Below are positions 11,615-25,063 of a stretch of DNA of 64,000 nucleotides, in pieces; the stretch's first letter is position 1; every line of letters begins with the position of its first letter. Source of the DNA: Rhynchopus sp. YZ270_cl-10 (Eukaryota). Position numbers and translations under genes: made by a program. Location: the NCBI GenBank assembly GCA_964035575.1, contig OZ037843.1, forward strand, positions 682,001 through 746,000, read 5' to 3'. Under the pieces are notes generated by a model. That model was not told where the DNA came from. It did not search any database and was given only the letters and a program-made list of their open reading frames with translations.

Positions 11615-12946
11615 ATGCTGCAAGGTGCCTGTGGGCACAATGACTGGGACAACCTGCGTGTCAAGAACAAACGCCTCTTTCTCCGATGTCGCATCTGCAG
11701 CTGCAAGTCCGTGGCGTCCATCAGCACCGTACAACGTTGCCCGGCCTTTTCGCGTGGTGTCTGTGTAGAACCTTCATGCACCCTGCTCCATGTGCACGCA
11801 TACAAAAACTTTGAGAAGGATACGAATTTCTGCAAAAAGTACCTCCCCCTGCTAGCCGAGCGGCAGCAGCAAAGAGAGGAAGGGGAAGAGCAGGAGAAGG
11901 ACCGGAAAGTGCTGGAGCACCGGCAGAAGCATCAGAAGAAGCTTCTGCAAAGGCGGCAAGAGGTGCTGCAGATGAAGCAGCAGCAGGATGGGAAAGAAGA
12001 GGAGCGGGGTGCGGAGGCCCTGAAGCAAAAGGAGCAGGGCATGCTGCAGAAGTGCCTTGCTGAGCGCATTGTGATGCAGCAGCGGCACCAACTCGAGATG
12101 CAGCAGCAGCAGCAGCTGCAACAGCAGCAGCAGCAGCAACAGCAACGGCAGCTACAGCAGCAGCAGCAGCTACAGCAACAACAACAACAACAGCTGCAGC
12201 TGAACCCACAGTACCTCCAGCTCGCGTTATTGCAGCAGCAGCAACTCCAGCAGGCTCAACTGCAACACCATCACCACCACCATCACCACCAGCACCATTA
12301 CTTCCACCATCAGCACCACCACCAGCACCATCAGCAGCAGCAGCAGCAGCAGCAGCAGAAACCACACCGCAATGTCCAGCACGTCCAGCAGCACGTCCGT
12401 GGCCCCCATGGCGACGGCGCTCCAAAACCGCATTCCCTTATGCACCAACCATACCTAGAGCAGGGGGCGGGTGTTGTGCAGCAGGAGCAGAAACAAAAAC
12501 AAAAACAGAAGCAGAAACCGAAATCAAAACCAAAACCAAAACAGAGCCAGGAGCCGGAGGTGCAGAAGGTGCAGAAGGTGCAGAAGGAGGAGAAGGAGGA
12601 GAAGGAGCGGGACGAACAGGAGAAAGGGCAAAAGGACGAAACGCAAGATGTGCAAGAAGGCGTCCCTTCCCCTTCCCCTTCTCCTTCTCCTCCCCTCTCC
12701 CCCTCCCCCGAGGCTTCGATTCCGCAGACGTTACTGACCCGGCCTTCCCCGACGTCCTCCCCTCTCAAGCCTGCCCAGCCAGGAGCAGACAGCAAGCCGC
12801 CAAGTGCCCCCTACACGTCATCGATTGCGCGCACCCCCATCACCCAAGGGAAAGCTATCCCCCCGTTTCCTGCGGACAGCGGCAGCAACAGCAGACGTCG
12901 TGCGTCCAGCCTCCCCCCTCCAGGGGAAGCCTCAACCACTAGCTAG
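11615..12946 (+). CDS. Zinc-binding protein (N-terminal C-x-H...WD..R...LRCRxC motif plus CCCH-like finger) with polyQ/polyH and a Pro/Ser-rich tail
   Basis: 443-aa GC-rich ORF with ATG and an upstream pyrimidine tract + AG. Motifs CGHNDWDNLRVKNKRLFLRCRIC and CPAFSRGVCVEPSCTLLHVH. Confidence 0.85.
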   Translation: MLQGACGHNDWDNLRVKNKRLFLRCRICSCKSVASISTVQRCPAFSRGVCVEPSCTLLHVHAYKNFEKDTNFCKKYLPLLAERQQQREEGEEQEKDRKVLEHRQKHQKKLLQRRQEVLQMKQQQDGKEEERGAEALKQKEQGMLQKCLAERIVMQQRHQLEMQQQQQLQQQQQQQQQRQLQQQQQLQQQQQQQLQLNPQYLQLALLQQQQLQQAQLQHHHHHHHHQHHYFHHQHHHQHHQQQQQQQQQKPHRNVQHVQQHVRGPHGDGAPKPHSLMHQPYLEQGAGVVQQEQKQKQKQKQKPKSKPKPKQSQEPEVQKVQKVQKEEKEEKERDEQEKGQKDETQDVQEGVPSPSPSPSPPLSPSPEASIPQTLLTRPSPTSSPLKPAQPGADSKPPSAPYTSSIARTPITQGKAIPPFPADSGSNSRRRASSLPPPGEASTTS

Positions 12947-13319
12947 GGATGTATCTTTTATTTTATTTTTTTTGGTTAGAAATGGGAAAGAGGGTCTGTA
13001 CTAGCGTTCTATCCCTCCCCCCCCCTTTTTTTTTGTTCATTGACATTCATTGACAGTCAATGTTGCAAAAAAAAAAAAAAAAAGTCAGATGTAATCAGGG
13101 AAGTTCCTAAGTGGGACCGAGAACATGAAATTCTGGATTTTAGTTTTTTTTTCCTTTTTTTTTTTCCTTTTTTTCCTTGGGGGGCTTTCTTGTGGTTTCT
13201 GGTGGGTTTCACTGTAGGTGACACACCACCAGTGTGGTGAAATGGTCGAAACTCTCAAAAGCAAGAGTTTTCAGGGGGCAAGAAAAAAAAATTGACAACA
13301 AAATCCTTCACTGTCCAGG

Positions 13320-13890
13320 GCTGTACCCCCAATTTTTTTTTTGCCTGCGGCGCCATTTTTCATTTTTTGCTCTGCAAAAAAGGGTTCGTTGGAAGCTAGA
13401 TTTTTACACTGTACTCAAAATTTTTTGCCTGCGGCGCCATTTATATTATTTTTTGCTCCGCAAAAAGAGAAGTGCAACGCCTCACCGTTCATCGGCGGAA
13501 GCACTGGTTCCACGGGTTATCGAACCCCAGAGAGCACTTCATTGGCATGCACGCGGTTACCGCGAGGGAGCGTGTATGCAGGTACAAAATCACTGCCCCA
13601 TCCAAATAATATTCCCAACGTCTTTGGGGGTCCCCTTGCATTTTGCAGCCAAAAATGCAACTAGACCAAAGCTGCAAAAAGTTCCGCGCGAGTGTAGCGC
13701 GCCCGGGTTTGGGACCCCTTTTTGAATTTCGAGGGGCGGTTAAAGTGGGCCCAGAATCACAGTTCTGACACTCATTTAGCATTGTGAGCAACTCACTAGT
13801 GGTCGTAACCAAAATTTGTATCAATCAAGAACTTGTCCATTTTCTCGAAATGACCCCACTACAGTGAGGGTAGAGCTCGGAAAGCCCGAA
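13320..13890 (-). repeat. Diverged reverse-oriented relative of the family A interior
   Basis: Reverse complement matches GGCCATTACCACCAGTGAGTTGCT, GGTCCCAAACCCGGGCGCGCTAC and GCAGCTTTGGT of 3468-4243. Confidence 0.7.
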
Positions 13891-14002
13891 AAAGGGCAAA
13901 AAACCCCACCCAAAAAAAGGAAAAAAACGGGAACATAAATCCAGAATTTTGCTGTTTTTTCCGAGAACAAGGAACAACCCTGGATGTAATAAATAGCACG
14001 TT

Positions 14003-15812
14003 TAGGCTAGTTGACGTCACGGACATTTGGGTTTGGGAGGGTTTGAGAGGATTTGGGCAGATTTGGGGGGGTTTGAGAGGGTTAGTAAGGGTAGGGCAGG
14101 GTATGGTAGGGTATGGCAGGGTATGGCACGGTTTGGCACGGTGTGGCAGGGTATGGCAAGGTTTGGCACGGTATGGCAGGGTGTGGCACGGTTTGGCACG
14201 GTTTGGCACGGGTGTGGCAGGGTATGGCAGGGTGTGGCACGGGTGTGGCACGGTATGGCACGGTATGGCAGGATGTGGCAGGGTATGGCACGGTTTGGCA
14301 CGGGTGTGGCAGGGTGTGGCACGGTTTGGCACGGGTATGGCGCAGTGTGGCACGGGTATGGCAGGGTGTGGCACAATGTGGCACGGGTAGCCATTAGCCA
14401 TTAGCCATTAGCCATTAGCCATTAGCCATTAGCCATTAGCCATTAGCCATTAGCCATTAGCCATTAGCCATTAGCCATTAGCCATTAGCCATTAGCCATT
14501 AGCCATTAGCCATTAGCCATTAGCCATTAGCCATTAGCCATTAGCCATTAGCCATTAGCCATTAGCCATTAGCCATTAGCCATTAGCCATTAGCCATTAG
14601 CCATTAGCCATTAGCCATTAGCCATTAGCCATTAGCCATTAGCCATTAGCCATTAGCCATTAGCCATTAGCCATTAGCCATTAGCCATTAGCCATTAGCC
14701 ATTAGCCATTAGCCATTAGCCATTAGCCATTAGCCATTAGCCATTAGCCATTAGCCATTAGCCATTAGCCATTAGCCATTAGCCATTAGCCATTAGCCAT
14801 TAGCCATTAGCCATTAGCCATTAGCCATTAGCCATTAGCCATTAGCCATTAGCCATTAGCCATTAGCCATTAGCCATTAGCCATTAGCCATTAGCCATTA
14901 GCCATTAGCCATTAGCCATTAGCCATTAGCCATTAGCCATTAGCCATTAGCCATTAGCCATTAGCCATTAGCCATTAGCCATTAGCCATTAGCCATTAGC
15001 CATTAGCCATTAGCCATTAGCCATTAGCCATTAGCCATTAGCCATTAGCCATTAGCCATTAGCCATTAGCCATTAGCCATTAGCCATTAGCCATTAGCCA
15101 TTAGCCATTAGCCATTAGCCATTAGCCATTAGCCATTAGCCATTAGCCATTAGCCATTAGCCATTAGCCATTAGCCATTAGCCATTAGCCATTAGCCATT
15201 AGCCATTAGCCATTAGCCATTAGCCATTAGCCATTAGCCATTAGCCATTAGCCATTAGCCATTAGCCATTAGCCATTAGCCATTAGCCATTAGCCATTAG
15301 CCATTAGCCATTAGCCATTAGCCATTAGCCAGTACCCAGTACCGGGAGGGTATGGCAGGGTTTGGCACGGTTTGGCACGGTATGGCACGGTATGGCAGGG
15401 TTTGGCATGGTATGGCAGGGTATGGCACGGTATGGCACGGTTTGGCACGGGTATGGCAGGGTATGGCACGGTTTGGCACGGGTATGGCAGGGTGTGGCAC
15501 GGTATGGCAGGGTTTGGCACGGGTATGGCAGGGTATGGCACGGTTTGGCACGGGTATGGCAGGGTGTGGCACGGTATGGCAGGGCATGGCACGGTATGGC
15601 ACGGTATGGGACATGATTATCCCAAAAAAAAGGCAAACGTGCGGTATGGGAGGGTACGGCAGGGTATGGTGGGGTATGGTAGGGTATGCGAGGGTTCGCG
15701 AGGGTTTTGGAGGGTTTGGGGGCGGTATGGGGGGGTATGGGGGGGTATGGGACACGATTTTCCAGAAAAATGGACAAATTTCCTAAACCGACCCGTGGCG
15801 TCAACTAGCCTA
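14003..15812. mobile_element. TIR element with a satellite core, 5-bp TSD
   Basis: TIR TAGGCTAGTTGACG(T/C)CACGG. TSD ACGTT at 13998-14002 and 15813-15817. Degenerate 10-11-bp GGT(A/T/G)TGGCA(C/G) arrays lie on both sides of the core. Confidence 0.92.
14388..15331. repeat. (TAGCCAT)n perfect 7-bp satellite, ~135 copies
   Basis: Uninterrupted tandem array in the centre of the 14003-15812 element. Confidence 0.98.
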
Positions 15813-16689
15813 ACGTTGTCAAATTATTCAAGAAAAAATACAGAATTACGGACAGAATTTTCTTTAACCACTGTATTCCTGCCTTATTTTTCTTTCTTTT
15901 TCAAAAAGGCGCAATTTGAACCATGGATCTCATCTCTTGGAAGATGAGTTTTCTCGATGCAACAAGATACCCCCTCTGATCTTGCATTGGTCGAGATGTC
16001 TGTGTTCATAGCAAATGTTTTTTTTTTTTTTTTTTGTTTTTGCATCACCGATTTCTCCTTCTTTTCCCCCCACCACCCCGGAGATGTGTGTGTTGCTTCA
16101 TCATTCTTTAAGATTTTGTTTTTCTTTCTCTCTTTTTTCTTTGTTTTCCCCAAAATTCCATCCCCATTTCTTGGTTTCACCGTTCTTTTATCAAAATGAC
16201 TAAAGCAAGAAGTTTAGCGTCATTTTACCAACTTTTTCTTATTATTTCACTCTTTACTCGATTTTTTTTTCTTCAAAAAAGCAAAAAAAAAAAAAACAAA
16301 AAAAGGCTTCGGCCGATATTGAGCACTGATCTTTATACCAGGAGGTATAAAGTGAGTGTCAATACAACAAAACAAACAAACACACAACGATATCATTTTT
16401 AGCTTGTCACTACCCTTGTTATAACAGGGGTCTTATATTTTGGGCATACCGAGCATACTTCGTCCGCCTGAGTCTCCCGGACTCCGCCTGAGTTGAGACG
16501 GACTACGGCGGAATTTGAAAGTCTGTCTCAACCAAACTCAGACGGACTTGAGACAGACTTGGCGGACTCAGTCAAAAGCCCGCCTCAACTCGGGTGGGTC
16601 TTGGTGGGATTTTAATCAATTTTTGGCAGACTCAAGCGGACTACAAAGTATGCCTTAGGTAGTCATGCATGCAAACAAGCACCCCCCCG

Positions 16690-16953
16690 CAGGCTTCAGA
16701 CTAAGAAAATCATTTAATTTATTACCATACCCTCCCGGGGTTTTTTGATAATGGGCCCCGTATTAGTGACCGGGCTCATATTTTCCAAAATTTGAGTGAT
16801 TAATTTTTTGTCCATTTTTGCAGACCCCACCACTGACTGGGATCGGCTCAAAAACGCGAATAACGGTGTTTTCGCCCGTATTGTTTTCACGAAACCTTGT
16901 GCAGACTGGTCATTAATTAATTACCAGACCCCCAATCCTTAGTCTGAAGCCTG
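16690..16953. mobile_element. MITE with probable 8-bp TSD
   Basis: Perfect 16-bp TIR CAGGCTTCAGACTAAG. Flanks CCCCCCCG / CCCCCCCA. Confidence 0.8.
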
Positions 16954-17353
16954 CCCCCCCAGCCCCCACAAAATAGTGGAGCACACTCTAGGGTGGCTAC
17001 ACTAAAACAACCAAGTTTTCAAAAAAAAACAAATCCACATCTTTGGAGAGTATCTGAAGCATTCTGAACTCCCGGGAGTGTTCTGAAACGATCTGTTGTA
17101 TTGATATCTGATTCTTCTAGGCTTTGGTGGGGCAAAGGTTGGGTGGGGGGTGGGGATTAGGGATTATATGGGAGGGGTGGGGGGGCGAGATCAAGGCTTG
17201 TCTCACGACGGTGAAGTAAATAAAGCACAGCGTAATGCATATGTGTTACACCGTGCTCATACTGCGAACACCACGTAGCGCGTGCCAATTTTTTTTTGTT
17301 TCTTAAGGGGACAGTGGAGCTTGTGTGGCAATTACACTATTCCAACAATTTTT

Positions 17354-17389
<36 letters not shown>

Positions 17390-18394
17390 GCACCCCAACT
17401 GGGGATTTGCCATTATCCCAGACATTTTTTTTGTGGAATTCGACACAGTTGCTGCTGTGGCTAAGCACAGAGAGGCTTAGGTTCATCTTATAAACCTTTT
17501 ATTTATTTTGTATTTTATTTTTTTTTCTAGCTCTTTTTGTACTCACTTTTGTATATTTTTTTTTGTCAAAATAATAAAACAAAGATTATTCCTCATTTTT
17601 TATTTATTTTTAATCTCGCGCGTTTAAATGTGTTCATACGTAAAAGGGAAACAAAACTGCATTTCTTCTTTTGTTGAAGACGCAGACGGTTATACCTTGC
17701 TTTGAGGGAGTGATTCAGACTGTCCGGGTTTCATCGTGACTCTGGCGAATCATGCAGACCCACAGTCTAGCAAGTGTAGCGGAAGCAAAAGAAAATAAGG
17801 ATGTATAGTGGGGTTCATCCTCGGGTGTCTACACTAATACAACCAAGTTTTCAAAATTTTTTTAAAAAAAAATTATAATCACGAACACCAGACCCCCCTT
17901 TTTGATTCAAGGTGGCTAAGCACGAGAGGCTTAGGGTCATCTTATAATTTTTTTCTCTTTTTTTTTTGCTTTCGCTATACTGTGCGTGCTCCAGTCAAAG
18001 GGTGTTTACAACTATAAACGGCGAGTTTACGAAAGGAACGAAAAGAAAAAAAAATGAAAAAGAAAAAAATGTCTCAAAAAGATGGCAGTGGGGGAGGGGG
18101 GGGGAGGTGCAAACGAAGCCCATTCGGTGGGGTGATTTGGTAACACAGCAAAGAGGAAAGAACTCCAGCAGGGCTGTCTTGTCTGTCTGGCAGCTACACG
18201 GAACTCAACAGATTACTTTTAAAAAAGAAACAAACGAAAAGAAAAAAAAGGAGAGAAAAAAAGAAGAAAAAAAAGGGGGACACAGTCGGCGTTTTCGCAA
18301 TACGTTACACCGCTATCATACTTTTAAGTAGTGCCATCGTGTCGAACGCTCTGCAGCCCCCCCCCCTTTTTTTTTGATAAATTTTATGATCAAA

Positions 18395-18497
18395 TGGTGC
18401 TCTGGGAGGGGTCGATATATTGACAGGTCGCTGACAGGTCACCCGACAGGTCGTGACACGTCGCTGACAGGTCGTTGGCCGACTTCCGAAAGCACCA
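18395..18497. mobile_element. Small TGGTG...CACCA MITE, 5-bp TSD
   Basis: Termini TGGTGCT / AGCACCA, TSD TCAAA, internal TGACAGGTCG repeats. A partial relative lies at ~63732. Confidence 0.75.
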
Positions 18498-18502
18498 TCA
18501 AA

Positions 18503-18534
<32 letters not shown>

Positions 18535-18785
18535 GATAAATTTTCGTTGGAATAAGGTGAAGGAGGGGAATGCAAAAAAAAAGGGTGAAAGGCCATTGTA
18601 CATTGCTTTGCACCACTTCTCTGTTTTTGATAAAGAAAGTAACAGTTTTTAAAATGAAAATAAATACTGGATTCGTACAAAAAAAAAATCTTTTATCGAC
18701 CGCAATAAAGGACGAACTTCCAGAAAAAAAAAATCCTGAAAAGGTCGAACATTATTACGGTACGATACTGTGTATGAATAGGGTA

Positions 18786-19057
18786 CCGACCCTCCCCGTG
18801 AAATTGTCCCCCCCCTCCGACCCCCTTGAAATTGTCCCCCCCTGGGAGAAAAAGTGAGGGGGGGGGACAATATCACGTACGGCAAAAAGGGGGGACAATT
18901 TCTCGTACTGTAGGGGGATGGCCGTTTTGGTGTGAAGAAGGGAGAGCAAAGGTTGTCCCCGCGACTCCCTTGAAATTGTCCCCCCCTGCCTTGAAATTGT
19001 CCGTCGGGGCAAAATACCGGTTTTTTGGGGGGGGACAATTTCACGGGGGAGGGTCGG
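18786..19057. mobile_element. TA-flanked MITE (Tc1/mariner-like target)
   Basis: TIR CCGACCCTCCCC(C)GTGAAATTGTCCCCCCC with TA on both sides and GAAATTGTCCCC internal repeats. A shorter copy lies at 61802-61904. Confidence 0.85.
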
Positions 19058-19548
19058 TAATTGGAAAATAGGTAACCCCCCCTAATTTGGCATCTCTGTC
19101 GCATCATTTATGGATTGAGGTGTGCTGTCTGTAAAGTTCTTATTTCTAACCTTTTTTCCAAAGGAGACGTTAGAGCACACATCCCTTCACTTCAAAACAA
19201 AACAAACAAAAAAAGAGAAAAAAAAATAATAATAAAAAAACAAGAGCAAACACCCTGAAAAAAAACAAAAAAGCAAAATAAGAGCACAAAGCAAAAATAT
19301 AAAAAAAAAAAAGTCGAAACTACAAAAAACTTCATAAAAACCCATTCAAATCCCCTCACGTCGAGCAACACACAAAGCACAAATACGACCCCCCCAATAA
19401 TAACCCCAGTTAAGACCCCACCCCTTTGGTGGGGTGATTGTCGATACAACAACAAAAAGCGTAAAGTTCACTGACTACCACGTCAATTTTTCAATTTTTC
19501 AAAAAAAAAAATAAAGGTTCCCCAAGCGGGTCCTTAGGCAATTGTCGA

Positions 19549-19582
<34 letters not shown>

Positions 19583-21688
19583 CGTGCAATGATCGGTCTT
19601 TGCGCCCATATCCATTCATGGATAAAACGGCGAGTTTTTTTTTAAAGTCAGTGCTTGCATCCCCGAGGTGTTTGCACTGTCAACTCTACTTTTAAACCCA
19701 TCTTAGTGTAGACACCCTCACAAGTGTGTTACGCTGTACTAAAACTTTTTTTTTTTGTTTTCTTTTCTTATTGTAACTCATTCCTGATCCCCAAACCCCA
19801 AACCCAAAACCCTCCCAAACCCAACACAATAAAAATACGGGGCAACAGTATTGTAGTATACCATTGGTAAGCAATGGTATTCCTATGATATAGGTGAGTG
19901 AACGACACCTCCCCTTTTGCCAGTTGTGTACGTTTAGGAAAGGCAACTTCCTATTAAGCCCGCCGACTCCATTTTTCTTGGAGCTTCCAGGACCGTACAT
20001 TGCTCCGTTCCCTAAAAAGGGAATGGTAAAAAAAAGTTTTCACAACAATAACAAAAAATGAACAAAAAATCACAATAAAAACCACTTTATTCAAATCCTT
20101 CAAACCCAACTCCCCTACCAAATGGTGTTTTACTTTTATTTTTATTGCGCACACTACTTTGTGAGCGGAAAGTGTCACGTCGTTCACTCACCCGTGTGGA
20201 AGCGTCAATGCATCAAACAACTACAAGAAGGGGGGGAGAAAACGACACGTGATACTTTTGTTTTATTTTTTTACTTTTTTTTTTTTTGAACGGAGCGTGT
20301 CAAATACACCCCCTCCCCTACACCCCCCATCAGACCACAAGCCCCCCATCTTTGTTTTAAACCAAAAGGAATTTATTTCTTTTATTTATTACTCTAAAAT
20401 CCCCCCCACCTCAGTGTTTCTCTACACCAGAGGAGAGCAGCCCCCCCCCAAAAAAAAAAAAAATACCAGAAAATGAAATTTCTGCTTCTATTTTTTTTTT
20501 TTTTTTCAAATAAAACCCCCCCGAAGGCTTTGTTCGTCCAACCCTCTCCCCCACTTCCTTCCCCCAGATTGCGACAGAAACTGACAGATCGTGACACACG
20601 ATTCTGTCCAGTGTTTATGTTTTTTTTAAATCACAATAAGACGCGACCATATAATAAGGTGGAACTCAGTCCACTTTTTTTTAAATAGGTGGACAAAAAA
20701 ACACACCAGTTTTACCCTAAAAGTTTAAAACGAAAAGAAAAGAAAACGAAGAGAATACTAAAAGGAGACTGCACAACTGTGGCAACTCAAAACTGAGGCA
20801 ATTTCACTACTCCAACAAAAAAAAAAAAATAAAGCCACGAGAAGCGAAAAAATCAGCGTCTTTTATCCCATTATTTAAATACAGACCTGGGTGAGGATAG
20901 CAGAGCCCTCTTCGCTTGCTATTCAGTTAGGAGCTTAATCTTAGCTACTCAGGAGGGGGGGTATTTCCACCCCTCAGATGAAAAACCACGAAATACCGGA
21001 TGCTAGTAAAGCATGGTAACGAGTCTAGCCTCCGCCGTTCAGATCACGCACCAAAGGTACCCTGCCACGAGAGGGTTGTGTATGTTAAGTGACTCCTTTT
21101 AAAAAGGGTGCCTCAGTTCAAGAGGCTGAAGCACAAAAAAGCAAAAAAGTAAGTTTATAGTGTCGCTCATCCTCGGGGTGTCTACACTAATACAACTAAG
21201 TTTTCGAAATAGCAAAAAAAAGAAATACTTCATAAAAACCCCAAACCCTTCTCCCCCATTATTTTACTAAGTTTGTGAGGTAAAAAAAAAATGTCATGTC
21301 GTTCACACAACCGTGCTCCGCAACACCTCACCCTACAGGGAATAGTGTGTGGAAGCGTCAACGTCAAACAACTCCAATAAAGGGGGATGAGTGAACGGCA
21401 AGTGACACTTTGCATGTTATTAAGGCAACTAAGCACAGAGGAGCTTAGGTTCAGCTTTGCAAACTTTTATTTATTTTAAAGAAAAGATGGGAATATTTTT
21501 GATCCCTCACCATATACTATCAATGTATTGATTGCATATGATGAAAATACTATCTATTTTATTCAACGGAAGACGACTGACACATTGTCTCTCCAGGGTT
21601 CAATAACCCACACATATCCTCCTTAGGAATGTCAGTTTCCTTTTCCACTTTGCACGATTAAACGTCTTTTGGGGAAGCGACGAAAAAT

Positions 21689-21783
21689 GTGGACTCTAAA
21701 AATGGATTAAGACACTCCGGGATTATGCGACAATGTGTATTATTACTCCGGGTTGCCGTAATCCACATTTTTTTAGAGTCCAC
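21689..21783. repeat. Short foldback
   Basis: Inverted ends GTGGACTCTAAAAA / TTTTTAGAGTCCAC with further partial internal symmetry. Confidence 0.6.
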
Positions 21784-23989
21784 TTTTGGCGTTTCCCCAT
21801 TTTTCTTTTTTTTTCTTTAAAGGCTTGTGGGTTGCTGTTGTTTTTTTAAATAGATAAGTGTGCATGCAGAAGTCACATTCATCGAACAGACAGTGGAGAT
21901 TGCACAACTGTGGCAACACAACCGAGGCAACTACACTACTCCAACAATTTATCACAAAAAAAAAAAAAGCAAAAATTCTTTTCCTCTTCCTTTTTCACCC
22001 TGTCACCTCTCTCTGATGATCGAGGGAGGGTGTTTTTATTTTTTATTTTTTGTCAGTTTTTCTTCTCTGCTCTTTCTTAAATACGTCAAACGTGTCTGCA
22101 CTTCCACCCCCGTTTATAAAAATAAATAAAAAAATACCAAATATTTTGCCAGGAAATACAAACGACCGAGGATGCCGCGCGCGCGACTTTCCCCCCTTTT
22201 TTTTTTCCACACACCCACAACCAACACCACACTTCAGTGGGATAAAAACAATATAAAAATTAGTGGAGTTCATCCTGTGTCTACACTAATACAAACCCAG
22301 TTTTTCTGAATGTGGTTTTTTTACGTTTTTGGGTGTGGGGCAGGGAATACAATATATTCATTATAAGAAATGCGAGCTTATTGTTCTATCTTGTTCAAGC
22401 AAAACAATAATATTTTTCTCTGTCAGCAGGAGGGTGATGTCATTTATCCCCCTCTACTCCTGTGAAAAAAAAAAATTCATCTGATTGGGCTAAGTTCCAA
22501 ACGAAAAAAAACGATGTTTTGTGTTCCCAAAATAAATTCCTTTTTTTAGCAACAAACAATTTTTTTTTTAGTACAATGCCTGCGTCTCGCCGATGAACGG
22601 TGAGGCGTTTGCACTTTTCAACTTCTCTTTTTTTTTTTTTATTTTTATTCCCCTCCCTCCCTTTTCCGCATGAGGCCATGTCTTTCGAGATTTTTCTCTT
22701 TAAAAAGGAACGCTCGATGTAAATTGCCGTTTCATGTCGACGCCCCCTCCCCACCCTTTATGGTTTGTTTTTGTCTTTGTCTTTTTTTCCCCTTCTTTTT
22801 TCTTTTTTCTTTTGCTCCTCTTTTCATCCCTAAAATCCACTAAAAGACAGTTCCCACAACTGTCTACCCTTTTCGAAAGCTTATAAGATGTGTGTGGCAT
22901 GAGAGAGAGCTGCATTCTTACAAACTTTTCTTTTTTCTTTTTTTTTTTTGGTTGCCATTGATTCTCAGACGAGTCAGATCTGAGGATGGAAATGCCATCC
23001 TTCCCCTCCCTTCTCTTTTCTTCTTAGAAAGAGATAATGCCTGTTTCCCCCCCTTTCCCCCCCCCTTTTTTATATTATTTGCTTTTTCTTTTACTGGGGG
23101 TGAATAAAAAAAAGCCGCCTCCATTCCGAGCCGAATTCTGGCTTTCTGTGACTTTTTTGGTGACTTTTTTTGGGGTCGGCATATTGGAAACACCTCAAAA
23201 AATAGGCGACGCAAGAGTAAAACGAGTATTTTTTTAAAAAATATTTCTGGGGCAGAAAATCGGGGCCAAAAAATGCCCAAAAAAAAAACCATATTTTCTC
23301 CCCCCCGGACTTCACCCAAATTAAATCTCAAAAAAAAAAACAAAAAACAAAAACAAAAATCAGAGAATTAAATTCTAGATGCCGAACGTACGCGGTTTTG
23401 GCATTTTTGGGGTTCTTCAGAGGATGTGATTGTCTTACCTTTGCGAAAAAAAAAAAAATCTTGCGGATTTTTTGTTAAATCCATTGGTGTATACAGGTGG
23501 ATTTGTGCGCACTTGACGTGGGTAGCGTACCAACTAAACAAAAGACGACGAGGTGTTCATTATTTCTCTGCACAAAAATAGCCAGAGATTACATTCGAGA
23601 TCAAAACCGCAAAATTCTTGCTTTATTTGCATTTTTGGGCTCAGGTGGTGGGACACATGGTGGTATTTTTCACCTTTGTCAACAAAAATAAAAAAAATCT
23701 GGGGTGTAAAAAATCACTATGGGGGTGGGAAAATACTTTATGGCCACGTGCAGGAAAAGTGCGGAAAATTTCTATGTGGCTGAAAAAGTGCGACACTGCA
23801 CCTTTCAGCTGTACCGGAAGAAAACCCCCTTTTTTTGGTACACTGTCACAAGAGGGCTTTGTGTTGCAAGTTCTATATATTTTTTTTTCACGTCCCTGAT
23901 GTTTTACTTATTGTCATGTGAAGTTCCATAGGTGCATACGATCTCTTTAGGAAAGTCTACCGGAAAGTCGGTTTTTTCCATTTTATTTG

Positions 23990-24045
23990 CTTGTGTTTTC
24001 ATCCGGATGGCTGACATCGTACGTGGGTCAGTCGGTGATGTTTGC
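23990..24045 (+). repeat. ~60-bp dispersed repeat S4 (TGCTTTCATCCGGATGGCTGGCATCGTACGTGGGTCAGTCGGAGGTGCCTGCAT)
   Basis: Copies also at ~26510, 43757, 44776 and 51256, all on the + strand. Confidence 0.8.
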
Positions 24046-24387
24046 AAGAAATCATTCCTTTTATTTTTATTTTTATTCATTTTTAACTTTAATCCGCCCA
24101 ACCAGAACCTTTCCATCTCCACATCGTTTACCAATCGTCCATTTTATTTTATTTTGCCGAAAAAATCGTGGCCACTACCTGTGATAGTGTCTTTTATCAA
24201 ACAATGTTGTTTTTTTTTTGCCTTCCCAACACTCGCCCCCTCCCCTTTTATCGGTTGCGATCAAGGTGACCAAACGTGACCATCTTACCCAACCACTTTC
24301 CTTTTTCTTTCTCTTTTCATTCTTGTCACCAAAATTTCTTACTCAAGTTTTTTTTTTTTTTTTTTTTTTTTTTTGTATTGTTTTTTT

Positions 24388-24967
24388 CATGGCTCTCGCC
24401 GGGGGGTGATCGGGTTTTAAATCACCCAAAAAAAATTTTTTTAAAAAAAAGAGGGGTGATCCGGGTTTCGGATCACCCCTCCAAAAAAAAAAAAAAAAAA
24501 AAATCCCAGGGTTGAACCACGGGAGTTCCATGGGGAACTGGGTTGCTGACCGCATCATCCAGTCTGTACCTCAATTTTTTTTTGCCTGCGGCGCCATTTT
24601 TCCTTTTTTGCTCTGCAAAAAAGGTTTCGTTGAGTGAGTATGTGATGTAAAAGCTAGCTTTTTACACCGTACCTTATTTTTTTTTTCGCCTGCGGCGCTA
24701 TTTTGTATTATTTTTTTTGCTCCGCAAAAAAAAAGCACGTACATACAGTTCCCTATGTTCCCAATGTCCCTGGTCAGCAGTGCTGAAAAAATTTTTGGGC
24801 ATAAAAACAAGCTGACCCCAAACGAGGGGAGAAAGCGCCTCGCCTCCCTGCACTGGCAGGGAGTCGCGCGCGCGAAGCGCGCGCGCGACCGCTTTTACGG
24901 GGGGAAAGCTCGGGGACCCCAAATCACCCCCCATTTTGGCCAAAAGGGGTGATTGGCGAGAGCCCTG
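24388..24967. mobile_element. hAT-like MITE, 8-bp TSD
   Basis: TIR CA(T/G)GGCTCTCGCC and TSD GTTTTTTT. GGGGTGAT/ATCACCCC subterminal repeats. Interior shared with 189-673. Confidence 0.85.
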
Positions 24968-25063
24968 GTTTTTTTATACAGCCTTAAGTACGAGAGGCTT
25001 AGGTTCATGTGGAAAATTTTTTACTTTTTTTTTGAGCGTCCTTTGTGTGCTTTCTCTCTGAAT

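Noticed and set aside
11721..12795. Antisense ORFs over the polyQ gene
   Set aside because: Shadows of CAG/CAC-rich coding sequence on the + strand.
14388..15331. Interstitial telomere
   Set aside because: The unit TTAGCCA is not a G-rich telomere-type repeat, and it sits inside a TIR/TSD-bounded element.
13859..15947. CHT/WHG-repeat ORFs
   Set aside because: Translations of degenerate 10-11-bp subterminal repeats, open in several frames.
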